Part shown: piece by piece, positions 63,488-64,000 of the stretch
How the letters are laid out: every line of letters starts with the position of its first letter
Position numbering within the stretch: position 1 is the stretch's first letter
IMG/VR virus record: IMGVR_UViG_2740892351_000003
Location: 1-64,000 of that record
DNA: 64,000 bases
Reading direction: 5' to 3' (one strand)
Source of the DNA: an uncultured virus (IMG/VR IMGVR_UViG_2740892351_000003)
Taxonomy: Duplodnaviria; Heunggongvirae; Uroviricota; Caudoviricetes
Notes under the pieces: model-generated
What the model was told of the DNA's origin: nothing
The model's database searches: none
Seen by the model: only the letters and a program-made list of their open reading frames with translations
Translations under genes and position numbers: made by a program

Positions 63488-64000
63488 TTATTCTCGATTA
63501 GTCTTTAAATTATGATACCTCTGATGATATGCTTTATAGATATTATTTGCATCACCTTTCAAGCATTTTAACTCTAAATATTTTTTTATTTCAGGAATAG
63601 ACCAAGATACACACTCATAAGCTTCTTGTTCATACATATCGTATATTATCCCTGATTTTTGTAAAGTCTTACCAGTCAGATGTATGTCTAAATCTGAAAA
63701 TGCTACTGATAAAGTTTTTAACCTATTTTGTATTCCATTCTTACTAATAGCCTTCATACCATTATCAGTTAATTTGGTAGGTCTAGTTTTTATTATATAT
63801 TCACAATCCATGTTAAATTTATATTCTGTTTCTTTACTACTTCCCTTTATTTCGCTTTTAGTATAATAATCTTCTACAATAACATCTTCTAATATTTCCT
63901 TCATATAATCATCACAAATAAATCTTCTGTCTGGAAGGTCTATATATGAATAATCTTTTGCTATATCTGACACTTTCAAATATCTTAATTCTATATAATC
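63488..64000 (-). CDS. Integrase-fold protein, C-terminal part (possibly an MrpR/YopR-like repressor); frame continues beyond window
   Basis: LKVSDI..IDLPDR and LT.KTLQKSG.IY resemble a tyrosine-recombinase catalytic domain without HxxR. Confidence 0.45.
   Translation of the reverse strand, partial: DYIELRYLKVSDIAKDYSYIDLPDRRFICDDYMKEILEDVIVEDYYTKSEIKGSSKETEYKFNMDCEYIIKTRPTKLTDNGMKAISKNGIQNRLKTLSVAFSDLDIHLTGKTLQKSGIIYDMYEQEAYECVSWSIPEIKKYLELKCLKGDANNIYKAYHQRYHNLKTNRE

Noticed and set aside
13651..63866. Short plus-strand ORFs antisense to long genes (e.g. 16662, 24926, 37632, 59836), and minus-strand ones at 1642, 2644, 7955, 8842
   Set aside because: Shadow frames rich in F/L/I/S with no RBS, opposite well-supported genes
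1..64000. CRISPR array, tRNA or rRNA genes
   Set aside because: No regularly spaced direct repeats or cloverleaf/rRNA signatures seen by eye; tRNAscan-SE and a CRISPR finder would be needed to exclude them fully

Overview
Very AT-rich 64-kb slice of a large temperate Clostridioides difficile-type siphophage or episomal prophage. Gene content and order resemble the phiCD211/phiCDIF1296T group (recognised from memory, not by search). The + strand at 1-9.8 kb carries the end of the tail module (fibres/RBPs, chaperones, XkdX), a lysis module with two lysins and two holin-like genes, a tyrosine recombinase and XRE/BlaI regulators. A switch region at 9.8-15.8 kb holds a type I toxin-antitoxin pair missed by the ORF track, a DUF4365-like nuclease, the integrase, a NERD protein and a CWB2 cell-wall protein. 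The - strand from 15.8 to 64 kb carries replication and nucleotide genes (dUTPase, RuvC, Gmk, Cas4-like nuclease, NrdJ, DnaE, RecJ, primase, helicase, ERF, SSB, ligase), a DndB/DGQHR protein and a long run of small accessory genes including RtcB, Tpt1, Pth2 and ASCH. Two IS200/IS605 elements with intact RNA-guided nucleases (TnpB; IscB plus omegaRNA) have broken TnpA genes and ends that can be mapped to the base. The strongest unexplained signal is a 16-bp palindromic site, TAAAA-N6-TTTTA with a different spacer each time, at about 18 gene junctions and often fused to the stop codon. It suggests a gene-cassette (integron-like) or operator system. No CRISPR array, tRNA or rRNA was seen.
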